Assembly (NCBI GenBank): GCA_963771275.1
Contig: CAVYSW010000003.1
Location: forward strand, 1,024,001 to 1,088,000
Direction: 5' to 3'
Source: an uncultured Gemmatimonadales bacterium
GTDB taxonomy: Bacteria; Gemmatimonadota; Gemmatimonadetes; Gemmatimonadales; GWC2-71-9
DNA: 64,000 bases
Below the pieces are notes generated by a model that was given only the letters and a program-made list of their open reading frames with translations, ran no database searches and had not been told where the DNA came from. Made by a program: the position numbers and the translations under genes. Within the stretch, counting starts at the first letter, position 1, and each line of letters begins with the position of its first letter. Shown here piece by piece: positions 9,452 through 18,090 of the stretch.

Positions 9452-10210
9452 ATGAAGTGCCCCAATTGCGGCGCCAACGCGACCGGGAAGTTCTGCGCAT
9501 CATGCGGCGCCACCCTGAAGCCATTGAGCTGCGCGCGGTGCAGCGCGCCGCTCAACCCCGGCGCCAAGTTCTGCCCCACGTGCGGAGCCCCGGCGCACGG
9601 CGGGCCCGCCGGGCCCGTGGGCCGGGCGGCGAGTCCCGTGCCGTGGCTGGTCGCCGGCGGAGCGGTGATCACCCTACTGGTCGTGCTGACCATCACGCAG
9701 CTCAAGCCGGGCAGTAATCCCACGTCGCAGGCTCCGCCGGTTCCGGCGGCGGGCATGGGCGGCCCGGTGGACCTGAGCCAGATGACGCCGCGTGACGCCG
9801 CGGACCGCCTGTTCAACCGCGTGATGACGGCCTACGAGAACGGCGCGAAGGACACCGCCCAGTTCTTTGCCCCCATGGCACTCCAGGCGTACGGCATGGT
9901 GGAGTCGCTCGACGCGGACGCCCGCTACCACGTGGGCCTGCTCGACATGGTGAGCGACAACTACGACGGTGCGCTCGCCCAGGCCGACACGATCGCCCGG
10001 ACCGTGCCCGGCCACCTGTACGCGGCGGTGCTGCAGGCCGAAGCGGCTCGGGCCCGCGGCGATTCGACTGCCCTGCGCCGGGCCCAGCGCGCGTTCCTCG
10101 ACCATTATGACGCCGAAACCAAGGCGAACCGGCCGGAGTACGCCGAGCATCCGGGTCTGTTGGAGCGGTTCCGGACCGAAGCCCAGCAGGCCCTGGGCAA
10201 GACCCCGTAG
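9452..10210 (+). CDS. Double zinc-ribbon membrane protein with helical (TPR-like) C-terminal domain
   Basis: Start re-called at MKCPNCG. Four CxxC pairs (CPNC/CASC/CARC/CPTC), one TM helix, then a helical-repeat domain. Confidence 0.8.
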   Translation: MKCPNCGANATGKFCASCGATLKPLSCARCSAPLNPGAKFCPTCGAPAHGGPAGPVGRAASPVPWLVAGGAVITLLVVLTITQLKPGSNPTSQAPPVPAAGMGGPVDLSQMTPRDAADRLFNRVMTAYENGAKDTAQFFAPMALQAYGMVESLDADARYHVGLLDMVSDNYDGALAQADTIARTVPGHLYAAVLQAEAARARGDSTALRRAQRAFLDHYDAETKANRPEYAEHPGLLERFRTEAQQALGKTP

Positions 10211-10296
10211 CCGGCTCGGGTTGCAGGCCGGCCGATGCCGATTATCGTATCCATGCCCCGTCGCGCGGCGCATCCGTTGGAAGGAGCGCATCCGCA

Positions 10297-11373
10297 GTGA
10301 CCGCGACCCCGTCATCTGAGGCGATCAGCGCGCTCGTCGTCGACGACGAGGAGTCCCTCCGCAATGCGCTCGGTCAGTACCTGCGCTACCGCGGGTACCG
10401 CGTGCTGCTCGCCGATTCCGGGGCGGCGGCGCTGAAGCACCTACGCGAGGGGGGCGTGGACCTCATGCTGCTCGACGTTCGCATGCCCGGCATGAGCGGC
10501 GCCGATGTGGTCCCCGAGGCGCTCGACATCGACCCCGAGCTCGCGATCCTCATGCTCACGGCGGTGACCGACGCCACGACCGCGGCCCTCTGCATGCAGC
10601 GCGGGGCGTACGATTACCTCACGAAACCGATCGAGCTGAACGACCTCGGCGCCGCCATCGATCGTGCCCTGCGCCGCCGGGACACGCAGATCCAGAACCG
10701 CAACATCTCGGCGTGGCTCAAGGAGGAGGTCGCGCGTCAGACCGAGGAGCTGAGGGCGAACCAGCAGCGCCTCCAGCGCCTCACGACCGCGACGCTCGAG
10801 GCGCTGATCAACGCGCTCGAGTCCAAGAGCGAGTACCTCTCGGGCCATTCGGCGCGGGTCGCGGCGTACAGCGCCAACATCGCGCAGGAGATGGCGCTGC
10901 CCGATGAGGACGTCGAGCTGATCCGCGTGGCCGGCCGCCTCCACGACCTCGGCAAGATCGGCATCCGGGAAGAGCTGCTCCAGAAGCGCGGCCCCCTCAC
11001 CCCGGAGGAATTCCAGCACGTCACGCAGCACGTGACGATCGGCGCGCAGATTCTGGCGCCGCTGACGCATCTCGGGAAGGCCGTCGAGTACGTGCGCAGC
11101 CACCATGAGCATTGGGACGGGAGCGGCTACCCCGACGGGCTGCGCGCCGAGCGGATCCCGCTGGGCGGCCGGATCATCTGCGCGGCCGAGATCTACGACG
11201 CGCTCACGGCCCCGCGCCCTTACCAGGAGCGCCTCACCCCCGAGCAGGCCGTGGAGCGGATGCGCAAGCTGACCGGCTCGGTGCTGGATCCCACGGTGAT
11301 GGAGGCCTTCGCGGCATCGGTCGGCCGCCGCCAGACCCTGGTTTTTCTCGCCGAGGATCAGCTGGGCGCCTGA
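10297..11373 (+). CDS. Response regulator with HD-GYP c-di-GMP phosphodiesterase domain (RpfG-like)
   Basis: REC domain (VVDDE, LLDVRMPG, YLTKP); GHSARV, LHDLGKIG and HHEHWDGSGYPDGL motifs. Confidence 0.93.
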   Translation: MTATPSSEAISALVVDDEESLRNALGQYLRYRGYRVLLADSGAAALKHLREGGVDLMLLDVRMPGMSGADVVPEALDIDPELAILMLTAVTDATTAALCMQRGAYDYLTKPIELNDLGAAIDRALRRRDTQIQNRNISAWLKEEVARQTEELRANQQRLQRLTTATLEALINALESKSEYLSGHSARVAAYSANIAQEMALPDEDVELIRVAGRLHDLGKIGIREELLQKRGPLTPEEFQHVTQHVTIGAQILAPLTHLGKAVEYVRSHHEHWDGSGYPDGLRAERIPLGGRIICAAEIYDALTAPRPYQERLTPEQAVERMRKLTGSVLDPTVMEAFAASVGRRQTLVFLAEDQLGA

Positions 11374-11377
11374 CCAG

Positions 11378-11803
11378 CTAGCGCCGCCGCATCCGTCCCA
11401 AGCGAGAGGTCGTGAGCGTGTCCGCCGCCGTGCCACGCCGGAATATCAGCGTGGTGTTGGCCACCCCCCAACCGATGCCGTTCGGCGCGATCTCGATCAC
11501 GGGCCGGGTGACCGCCAGCGCCACGCCGAGCCGTGACGGCCCCGGCCGCACGAGAAACGTCGAGTCCGTGAGCCCTTCGTACACGGCCCTGAGCGTATCG
11601 GGGCCGAACTCCAGGCGGACGCGCGTGGCGCGGAGGATCGCGGCGTAGCGCGCCGTATGGTAGAACGACATCACTTCCCAGCTGGCCTCCCGCACCGCCG
11701 CCGACTCCCGCCAGCGCGCCAACGGTGGGACGGCGATGGCCAGCAGGGTGCCCGTGACACCGAGCACCACGACCAGTTCGAGCAGCGAGAACCCGCGACG
11801 CAT
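11378..11803 (-). CDS. Prepilin-type N-terminal cleavage/methylation protein (GspH/FimT-like)
   Basis: Start re-called at MRRG|FSLLELVVVL, a class III signal peptide with E5; C-terminal 'LTTSRLGRMR'. Confidence 0.85.
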   Translation of the reverse strand: MRRGFSLLELVVVLGVTGTLLAIAVPPLARWRESAAVREASWEVMSFYHTARYAAILRATRVRLEFGPDTLRAVYEGLTDSTFLVRPGPSRLGVALAVTRPVIEIAPNGIGWGVANTTLIFRRGTAADTLTTSRLGRMRRR

Positions 11804-11880
11804 GGACCGACGGTAGCGCCCGCCTGCCCTTCGTCCCGCACCGAAATCCCGCCGGGCGGCGCACCCTGCCGCAGCGGCGC

Positions 11881-11909
11881 TTGCCCCTCCGCGGGCCCGC
11901 GGGCATACT
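11881..11909 (+). promoter_or_regulatory. sigma70-type leaderless promoter of the MerR-family gene
   Basis: TTGCCC (11881-86), 17-nt spacer, CATACT (11904-09), then GTG start 6 nt later. Confidence 0.55.
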
Positions 11910-11915
11910 CTGCGC

Positions 11916-12506
11916 GTGACTGACCCCCTGCTCACCCTCCGCGACTACCGCCGGTTCGCACCGTGGAATGTGCGCGACCTCGCCGCCACGGCGGGCGCCA
12001 TCCTAGCCCGCTCGCGCGTGCGGCCGATCGCGGCGTCGGCGAGCGCCGCCCCGGCCGAGCGCACCATCCGGTTCTACGTCGCGCGGGGCTTGCTGGGCCG
12101 GCCCGAGGGGCGCGGCACGGCGGCCGCCTATTCCTACCGCCACCTGCTCCAGGTGCTGGCGATCAAGCTCCGCCAGATGGAAGGGGCCACGCTCAAGACG
12201 ATCGCGCGCGAGCTGGGCGAGTCCACGGGCGACGTGCTCGAGCGCCGCGTGGCGGCGGCCCTGGGCGACCGGCTGCCCACGCCCGACGAGTTGCCGGTGG
12301 CGGCGGCCGGTCGCGCATTCCATCAGGGCCCCGCCTCGGCGGACGCGCCGTCCCCCGGGCCCTGCTGGCGGCGCATCGAGGTGGCGCCGGGGGTCGAGCT
12401 CCATCTCAGCACGGCGTACCCGCTCGCCGCCTCCTCTGAGGTCGCCGACGCGGCCGCCGCCGCCGTGCGGACCGCGCTCGCCGCCGCCGCCCGCCGCAGC
12501 TCCTGA
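11916..12506 (+). CDS. MerR-family HTH transcriptional regulator
   Basis: 'ERTIRFYVARGLLGRPEGRGTAAAYSYRHLLQVLAIK' MerR_1 HTH; C-terminal 'WRRIEVAPGVELH'. Confidence 0.85.
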   Translation: MTDPLLTLRDYRRFAPWNVRDLAATAGAILARSRVRPIAASASAAPAERTIRFYVARGLLGRPEGRGTAAAYSYRHLLQVLAIKLRQMEGATLKTIARELGESTGDVLERRVAAALGDRLPTPDELPVAAAGRAFHQGPASADAPSPGPCWRRIEVAPGVELHLSTAYPLAASSEVADAAAAAVRTALAAAARRSS

Positions 12507-12572
12507 CGCCCGGCTCTTGCGGCGCTGGCCGCGCCAGTCACTTTTCACGGCATCCACACTCCGGAGTCCACG

Positions 12573-13160
12573 ATGTTCTGGATCCTGTTGATCGTACTCG
12601 CGGTCGTGATTGCCTGGGCGATCGCCGCCTATAACAAGCTGATCGCCCTGAAGGGCCAGACGCTCAACGCGTGGAAGCAGATCGACGTCCAGCTCAAGCG
12701 CCGGCACGATCTGATTCCCAACCTCGTGAACGCGGTCAAGGGCGCGATGGACTTCGAGAAGGAGACCCTCGAGGCCGTCATCCAGGCGCGCAACAGCGCG
12801 CTCCGGGCGCAACAGCAGGCGACGCCGACTGGTGGGGTCCAGGCGCTCGCCCAGGCCGAGGCGCAGCTTGGCGCCGCGCTCTCGCGGCTCAACGTCGTGG
12901 TCGAGCAATACCCGCAACTCAAGGCCACGGCCAACATCGGCCAACTGCAGGAAGAGCTCACGTCGACGGAGAATCGGGTCGCGTTCGCGCGGCAGCTCTA
13001 CAACGACACCGCAACCGACTACAACGTCAAGCAGCAGCAGTTCCCGTGGAGCCTCGTCACCGGCCTCGCGAAGGCCGAGCCCGTCGAGCTGTGGGAGATT
13101 CAGGAGCCGGGTGATCGTGATCTGCCCACGGTGGATCTCTCGATGAAGCCGAAGGCGTGA
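12573..13160 (+). CDS. lemA: LemA family protein
   Basis: N-terminal TM; AWKQIDVQLKRRHDLIPNLV, EQYPQLKA and ENRVAFARQLYN motifs. Confidence 0.95.
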   Translation: MFWILLIVLAVVIAWAIAAYNKLIALKGQTLNAWKQIDVQLKRRHDLIPNLVNAVKGAMDFEKETLEAVIQARNSALRAQQQATPTGGVQALAQAEAQLGAALSRLNVVVEQYPQLKATANIGQLQEELTSTENRVAFARQLYNDTATDYNVKQQQFPWSLVTGLAKAEPVELWEIQEPGDRDLPTVDLSMKPKA

Positions 13161-14176
13161 GCGAAGCCAGCCTTTTCGCCCAGCAGGAGCGCAATCGGCA
13201 CCGCTCGACGCTGCTCGTCGTGGTGTTCGTGCTGTTCTTCGCGTGGATCGGCTTCGGCGCCGACTACATCCTCCATCTGAGCACGGCCGATGCGCCGCCG
13301 AACGCCTACCACCACCGCATTCCGTTCGCCGGCCTCGCCGCCTGCGCGCTCGCCCTGGGGATGGCGTGGTTCAGCTGGCGGCGCGGGGCGCAGCAGGTGC
13401 TCTGGTCGACGCGCGCCTGGGAGCTGGTGAACGCGTCGACGCCCGAAGAGCAGCAGCTCGTCAACGTCGTGGAGGAGATGGCGATCGCGTCGGGACTGCC
13501 GAAGCCGAAGATCTGGATCGTGCCGGACGACGATCCCAACGCGTTCGCCACCGGCACCGACGAGCGTCACGCGCACCTCGCCGTGACCCAGGGGTTGCTC
13601 ACGACGCTGAGCCGTGACGAGCTGCAGGGCGTCGTGGCGCATGAGATGGCGCACATCAAGAACTACGACGTGCGCCTGATGACCTTGCTCGCGGCGCTGG
13701 TGGGGGTGCTGGCGCTGATTTCCGACGCCACGATGCGGTTCCTCTGGTTCGGCGGTGGCCGGGGCCGGGGCGGCGGCTCGAAGAAGGGCGGCAGCGGGCC
13801 GCTGCTGGCCATCCTGCTCGTCGTCTGGCTCATCACGGTGCTCCTGGCGCCCGTCGTCTCGCGGCTGCTCGCAATGGCCGTGAGCCGGAAGCGCGAGTAC
13901 CTCGCCGACGCCACCGGTGCGCAGTTCACCCGCAATCCCGGCGGTCTCGCCGGCGCGCTCGAGAAGATCGACGCCGCGGTAGCACCCACCAAGTCCATCA
14001 AGTGGGGCACCGCCCACCTCTGCATCACCGATCCGCTCGGCCGCCGGATCAACGCCAGGCAGGGCGCCGTCGCGAACCTGCTCGCCACGCATCCCCCGAT
14101 GGCCGTGCGGATCGCGCGGCTCAAGCAGATGGCCTACCAGTACCAGAAGACGGGGGTGCTGCCGGACGAGGGCTGA
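13157..14176 (+). CDS. htpX: M48 family zinc metalloprotease HtpX
   Basis: PNAFATG, ELQGVVAHEMAH, REYLADA and THPP motifs; GTGA overlap with lemA. Confidence 0.92.
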   Translation: MSEASLFAQQERNRHRSTLLVVVFVLFFAWIGFGADYILHLSTADAPPNAYHHRIPFAGLAACALALGMAWFSWRRGAQQVLWSTRAWELVNASTPEEQQLVNVVEEMAIASGLPKPKIWIVPDDDPNAFATGTDERHAHLAVTQGLLTTLSRDELQGVVAHEMAHIKNYDVRLMTLLAALVGVLALISDATMRFLWFGGGRGRGGGSKKGGSGPLLAILLVVWLITVLLAPVVSRLLAMAVSRKREYLADATGAQFTRNPGGLAGALEKIDAAVAPTKSIKWGTAHLCITDPLGRRINARQGAVANLLATHPPMAVRIARLKQMAYQYQKTGVLPDEG

Positions 14177-14228
14177 GCGGGGGGGGAGCCATGGCTGTTG
14201 AGCTAATGTGTTGCTATTATTGATATTA

Positions 14229-14249
14229 TATCATAAGCCGCTTATGATA
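14229..14249. repeat. Perfect inverted repeat (operator-like) in an AT-rich patch
   Basis: TATCATAAG-CCG-CTTATGATA within the AT-rich stretch 14203-14250. Confidence 0.75.
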
Positions 14250-14570
14250 CTGCGTGCGCGAAGGTTCCAGCGCGCGCTGCGCGCCACCCTCGCGGCGACG
14301 CCCAACGACGAGCGCTACCTCGTGGGGGCCGCCATGCATTTCGCCCCCACTTCGACCCGCTACAGCGACGCCAAGCACACGTGGGGCGACCAGCCCGTGA
14401 TGCCACGTGGCCATGAGAGCCTCACTGCCCAGGGTGTCGTGCCGCACTACGGCGCGCCAGGCGGCGTGCTGTCACGCGTCGCCGACGCACCCGTCGAACG
14501 GCCCCACGAGGGCGGGTAGCCCGCTCCCCGCACCATTGCCCCCCCATCGATCGGCGCGCACACTATCCGC

Positions 14571-16055
14571 GTGACCCCGCTCGACTGGGTGCTCCTGGCC
14601 ACGGCCGCCTTGCTCGCCGCCGGCCTCTCGCTCTGGCTCGTGCGGCGCACCCGCGAGGCGATCCGGGCCTGGTTCCGTCGGGCCGTGCTGCGCGTCGTGC
14701 ACCGCTTCCGCGTACGGCTCGACCGCTACAAGCTGGTGCGCCGGCAGACGGTGCGGGACGAGCTGCTGCTCGACGACCAAGTCCACGCCGCCATCCGGGA
14801 GCACTGCCGGACGCACGGCCTGTCCGAGGTCGAGGTGCGGGCCCGGGTCGAGGCGTACATCCACGAGATCGTCCCGTTCTTCAACGTCCTGTCGTACTAT
14901 CGGATCGGCTACAACCTCGCCCGCCTGCTGATCAACCTGCTCTACCGGGTGAGCGTCGCGCACGCCGACCGCCGGGCCCTCGACAACATCCCGCGCCGCG
15001 ACGTGGTCGTCTACCTGATGAACCACCGCTCGAACGCGGACTACGTCGTGCTGGCCTATGTGCTGGCCGAAGGGGTGAGCATCAGCTACGCCGTCGGCGA
15101 ATGGGCGCGGGTCTGGCCCCTGGAGTACGTGTTCAAGTCGTTCGGCTCCTATTTCATCCGCCGCCGCTACCGCGAGCCGCTGTACCACGCGGTGCTCGAG
15201 CGCTACGTGGAGCTGATCACGCGGAACGGGGTGACGCAGGGCGTCTTCCTCGAGGGCGGCCTGAGCAGGGACGGCGCGCTCCGCCCCGCGAAGATCGGGC
15301 TGCTCGACTACATCGCCCGCACGCTGCGGGAAGATGAGTTCGACCGCGATATCTGGCTGGTGCCGGTCGCGCTCAACTACGACCGCGTGCTCGAGGACCG
15401 CTCGCTCATCCGGGAGCTCGCCGAGGGCGTCGAGCGAACGGGCCGGGCGCGCCGGCTCGGCGGCGTCGCGCACTACTTCGGCTGGAACGTCCTCCGGCTG
15501 CTGACCGGCCGGCTGCAGCGCTATGGACGCGCGGCGGTGAACTTCGGGACGCCGCTCTCGGTGCGCGCCTGGGTCGCCGGCCGGCCGGGTGTGCTCGACC
15601 TCAAGCGCGAGGAGCGCCTGCCACAGATCCAGCACCTGGCCGATACGATGCTCGCCCGGATCGCCGACATCGTGCCGGTCACCGCCGTGCCGCTCACGGC
15701 CGCCGCGCTGCTCGCGTTCGGTGAGACTGCCGTGCGGCATGGTGACCTCGTCGCCAAGATCGCCACCTACCGCGACCACCTGCTGGAACGCGACGCCAAG
15801 CTGGTCCACGCGGAGCAGGATGCGACGGCGATCCTCGACCGGGCGTGGCGCACGTTCCGCATGCGCCGCCTGGTCGTGCGGGACGGCGACACCTACGTCA
15901 TCCTGCCGTCCCACCGACCGCTGCTCGAGTACTACGCCAACACGATTCGCCACCTGCTGCCGCGCGAGCGGCGCGTGAGCGAGCCACATCCGGCGCGGGA
16001 GATGGACGAGTCGCTGCCCAGACTGCGCCGGTCGGAGGACGGCCTGAAGGCGTGA
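14571..16055 (+). CDS. Glycerol-3-phosphate acyltransferase (PlsB-like)
   Basis: HxxxxD motif (NHRSNADY), GSYFIRR, FLEGGLSRDG and PVALNYDRVLE. Confidence 0.85.
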   Translation: MTPLDWVLLATAALLAAGLSLWLVRRTREAIRAWFRRAVLRVVHRFRVRLDRYKLVRRQTVRDELLLDDQVHAAIREHCRTHGLSEVEVRARVEAYIHEIVPFFNVLSYYRIGYNLARLLINLLYRVSVAHADRRALDNIPRRDVVVYLMNHRSNADYVVLAYVLAEGVSISYAVGEWARVWPLEYVFKSFGSYFIRRRYREPLYHAVLERYVELITRNGVTQGVFLEGGLSRDGALRPAKIGLLDYIARTLREDEFDRDIWLVPVALNYDRVLEDRSLIRELAEGVERTGRARRLGGVAHYFGWNVLRLLTGRLQRYGRAAVNFGTPLSVRAWVAGRPGVLDLKREERLPQIQHLADTMLARIADIVPVTAVPLTAAALLAFGETAVRHGDLVAKIATYRDHLLERDAKLVHAEQDATAILDRAWRTFRMRRLVVRDGDTYVILPSHRPLLEYYANTIRHLLPRERRVSEPHPAREMDESLPRLRRSEDGLKA

Positions 16056-16166
16056 CGCGTCGTTTTGCACCGGCGTGCATCCATCCCGTACGCTCGACCG
16101 GAGCGGCGCCTCGTAGGTTGCTCCATCCCGTTATCCCGTGATCCCACCATCGCCTATCTTCCTGCC

Positions 16167-17150
16167 ATGTCCACTCCCGTGAACATCCCGGCTCTCACCG
16201 TCGGTGAGCGGGTCCAGGGCGCGTTTCTGGTGCTTGACGTGGAACAGCACACACCGGAAACCGCCAATCCGTTCACCGTGCTCCGGCTCGGCAACCACAC
16301 GGGCGCGATCCCAAGTGAGCCCTTCTGGCTCGAGCGCGCCGCCGAGATCGCGGGGCTGCGCCGCGGGCATGTGGTGCAGGTGATCGGCGAGGTCGCGGAG
16401 TATCGCGAGCGCAAGCAGCTCAAGGTGACCTCGATCCGCGCGCTTCCCGCGGGCATGGTGGAGCTGGCCACGCTGCTGCCGTCGGTGGGTCCTGTCGAGC
16501 GCTACTGGGAGACGCTGGACGGCTGGCGGCGCGAGATCGCCAAGCCACGGCTCGCGCACGTGCTCGCCCTGTTCTACGAGGACGGTGACTTCCGCCGCGC
16601 CTACGAGCAGTGCCCGGCGGCGGTGCACGGGCACCACGCCGTCCTGGGCGGCTTGCTCAAGCACACCATCGAGGTGGCGGCGATCGCCCGCACGATCGCA
16701 CGGGCCTGCGGCGCGGACTGGGACCTCGTGCTTGCCGGCACGCTGCTGCACGACATCGGCAAGATCGAGGCGTACCGTTGGGACGGGCTGTTCGACCACA
16801 CCGCCGTCGGACGCCTGCTGGGGCACGTGGTGCTCGGCGCGTTGATGCTCGATCGGCGGCTGCACGAGGTGCGCGAGCCCCCCTGCACCATGCTGGAGCG
16901 CGACCTCCTGCTGCACATCGTCCTGGCGCACCACGGCCGGCTCGAGTTCGGCAGTCCCGTGCAGCCCATGCTGCTGGAGGCCGAGGTGATCCACTGGGCC
17001 GACAACGCGAGCGCCAAGACCGCGAGCTTTGCCGAAGCGCTGGCCGACGTGGAGGAGTTCCCCGATGGCCTGCTCTCGAGACCGGTGTGGGCGCTCGATC
17101 GACGGCGGGTTTTCAGGGGGACGAGCGACTGGGGGGGCCCGGGGGGGTGA
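16167..17150 (+). CDS. OB-fold + HD-domain 3'-5' exoribonuclease, YhaM/Cbf1 family
   Basis: Start re-called at MSTPVN. Motifs PAA..HHA..GGLLKHT, LLHDIGK, GRLLGHV, HIVLAHHGRLEFGSP and EAEVIHWAD. Confidence 0.9.
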   Translation: MSTPVNIPALTVGERVQGAFLVLDVEQHTPETANPFTVLRLGNHTGAIPSEPFWLERAAEIAGLRRGHVVQVIGEVAEYRERKQLKVTSIRALPAGMVELATLLPSVGPVERYWETLDGWRREIAKPRLAHVLALFYEDGDFRRAYEQCPAAVHGHHAVLGGLLKHTIEVAAIARTIARACGADWDLVLAGTLLHDIGKIEAYRWDGLFDHTAVGRLLGHVVLGALMLDRRLHEVREPPCTMLERDLLLHIVLAHHGRLEFGSPVQPMLLEAEVIHWADNASAKTASFAEALADVEEFPDGLLSRPVWALDRRRVFRGTSDWGGPGG

Positions 17151-17355
17151 CCTCAGCCGCCAACCGTTCTACGGCCCGCTCACCCCGGGTCACGGCCCGC
17201 AGGATGGCCAGGCCGAGCGGCTTGGCGGGCGGTGCTGCATCGCGCAGCAGCAGCTGCACGGCACAGCGGATCGCCGACAACGCCGCTCGCAGCTCCGCCA
17301 GCGCCGCGCGGCGCATGGCCACTCTGCCTTTCGGCATCAAGTACCGGGGTCCCAT
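17113..17355 (-). CDS. Small hypothetical protein (80 aa) resembling a His-less HisKA dimerisation helix pair
   Basis: Extended -10 (TGTTACCAT) lies 6 nt before ATG 17355. 'LAELRAALSAIRCAVQLL' resembles AHELRxPLxAI. Overlaps the yhaM-like 3' end by 38 nt. Confidence 0.5.
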   Translation of the reverse strand: MGPRYLMPKGRVAMRRAALAELRAALSAIRCAVQLLLRDAAPPAKPLGLAILRAVTRGERAVERLAAEVTPPGPPSRSSP

Positions 17356-17436
17356 GTCACGATGGTAACAGGCGGCCAACAGCCGCACGCCATCGTTCCT
17401 TCGCGGCGCGCAGCACTCGATCACACGGGGTTCACC

Positions 17437-17482
17437 ACAAAACGAAACGGCGGGCCGACCCTTGCGGGCTGCCCGCCGTCTC
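17437..17482 (-). terminator. Intrinsic terminator closing the candidate ncRNA
   Basis: Minus strand GAGACGGCGGGC-AGCCC-GCAA-GGGUC-GGCCCGCCGUUUC followed by GUUUUGU. Confidence 0.8.
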
Positions 17483-17866
17483 CGCACCAGTTACCCGGAG
17501 TCAGGGGATTCACTCCCTCTGTTCTTCTCCCCGTCGCCGCCGCGTGGACTGATGCGTCTGCGGTTGAGCGTCCGGGGGCTCCGGCTTCCATCCCCAAGCA
17601 GCCTGGCCGGGCCGCGAGGTTCGCCGGTGCGAGCGCTGCGAGTCGGATCGCGTCGCGGAGCGACCCTTCGCACTGCACGCCGAGGCGCCGCGTCGGCGTG
17701 GATGAGGCACGCGACTGGCCTCACCTGCCCGGGTCGGAGTCGCCACCCGGATCATCGGACGCCTGAGCCCTTGATTGCGTCGGCGCCCTCCCCGGAATTC
17801 CCGCCCGAGCCGTCACATAGGGCGTAATCGAGATAGAGAATCCCGACCCTTCCCCCGTGCAACCGC
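17437..17866 (-). ncRNA. Candidate ~430-nt structured ncRNA of unrecognised family
   Basis: Own promoter and terminator; 5' and 3' ends are complementary; nested long-range helices and four consecutive hairpins; no credible ORF. Confidence 0.7.
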
Positions 17867-17871
17867 ATGCC

Positions 17872-17899
17872 AATATAGGGGCGCGCCCGGACCCCGCAA
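17872..17899 (-). promoter_or_regulatory. sigma70-type promoter of the candidate ncRNA
   Basis: Minus strand TTGCGG (17899-17894), 16-nt spacer, TATATT (17877-17872). Confidence 0.65.
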
Positions 17900-17931
17900 G
17901 CGCCGCTGTTCCTTCGGTTTACGCCGCTTCA

Positions 17932-18049
17932 TGTGCATAAGATGTTGATCGCTAAACACCACGGCTCCGCGTGGTTGTGCCGCCTGTCCACAGGCTGTGG
18001 ACTTGTCGAGAACGGGCTGCTGGGGCCGTCAACATGATGTCGTGGACAA
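17932..18049. promoter_or_regulatory. Cluster of DnaA-box-like 9-mers with an IHF-like site
   Basis: TTATGCACA (rc 17932-40), CTGTCCACA (17984-92), AAGTCCACA (rc 17996-18004), TTGTCCACG (rc 18041-49); GATCAACATCTTA (rc 17938-50) versus IHF consensus WATCAANNNNTTR. Confidence 0.55.
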
Positions 18050-18090
18050 CCTGGCGTCCCGACCTGGAAGGACCGGGCTGCAGAGCCGGT

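Noticed and set aside
14225..14252. dif site
   Set aside because: The spacer is 5 nt rather than 6, the XerD arm TTATGTTAAAT is not matched, and the region is near dnaA rather than the terminus.
17029..17827. ORF-track frames across the ncRNA region (for example 17029..17766, 17462..17827, 17421..17678)
   Set aside because: No motifs, no start context and atypical composition; best explained as chance ORFs in GC-rich structured DNA.
17437..17866. RNase P RNA, tmRNA, SRP RNA or cobalamin riboswitch identity for the structured RNA (it contains AGGCUGCUUG, as in RNase P)
   Set aside because: No GAGGAAAGUCC or CAGAACCCGGCUUA P4 strands, no tRNA-like GGGG...UCCACCA ends, no SRP GGAA/AGCAG loop, and no B12 box or GCCACUG.
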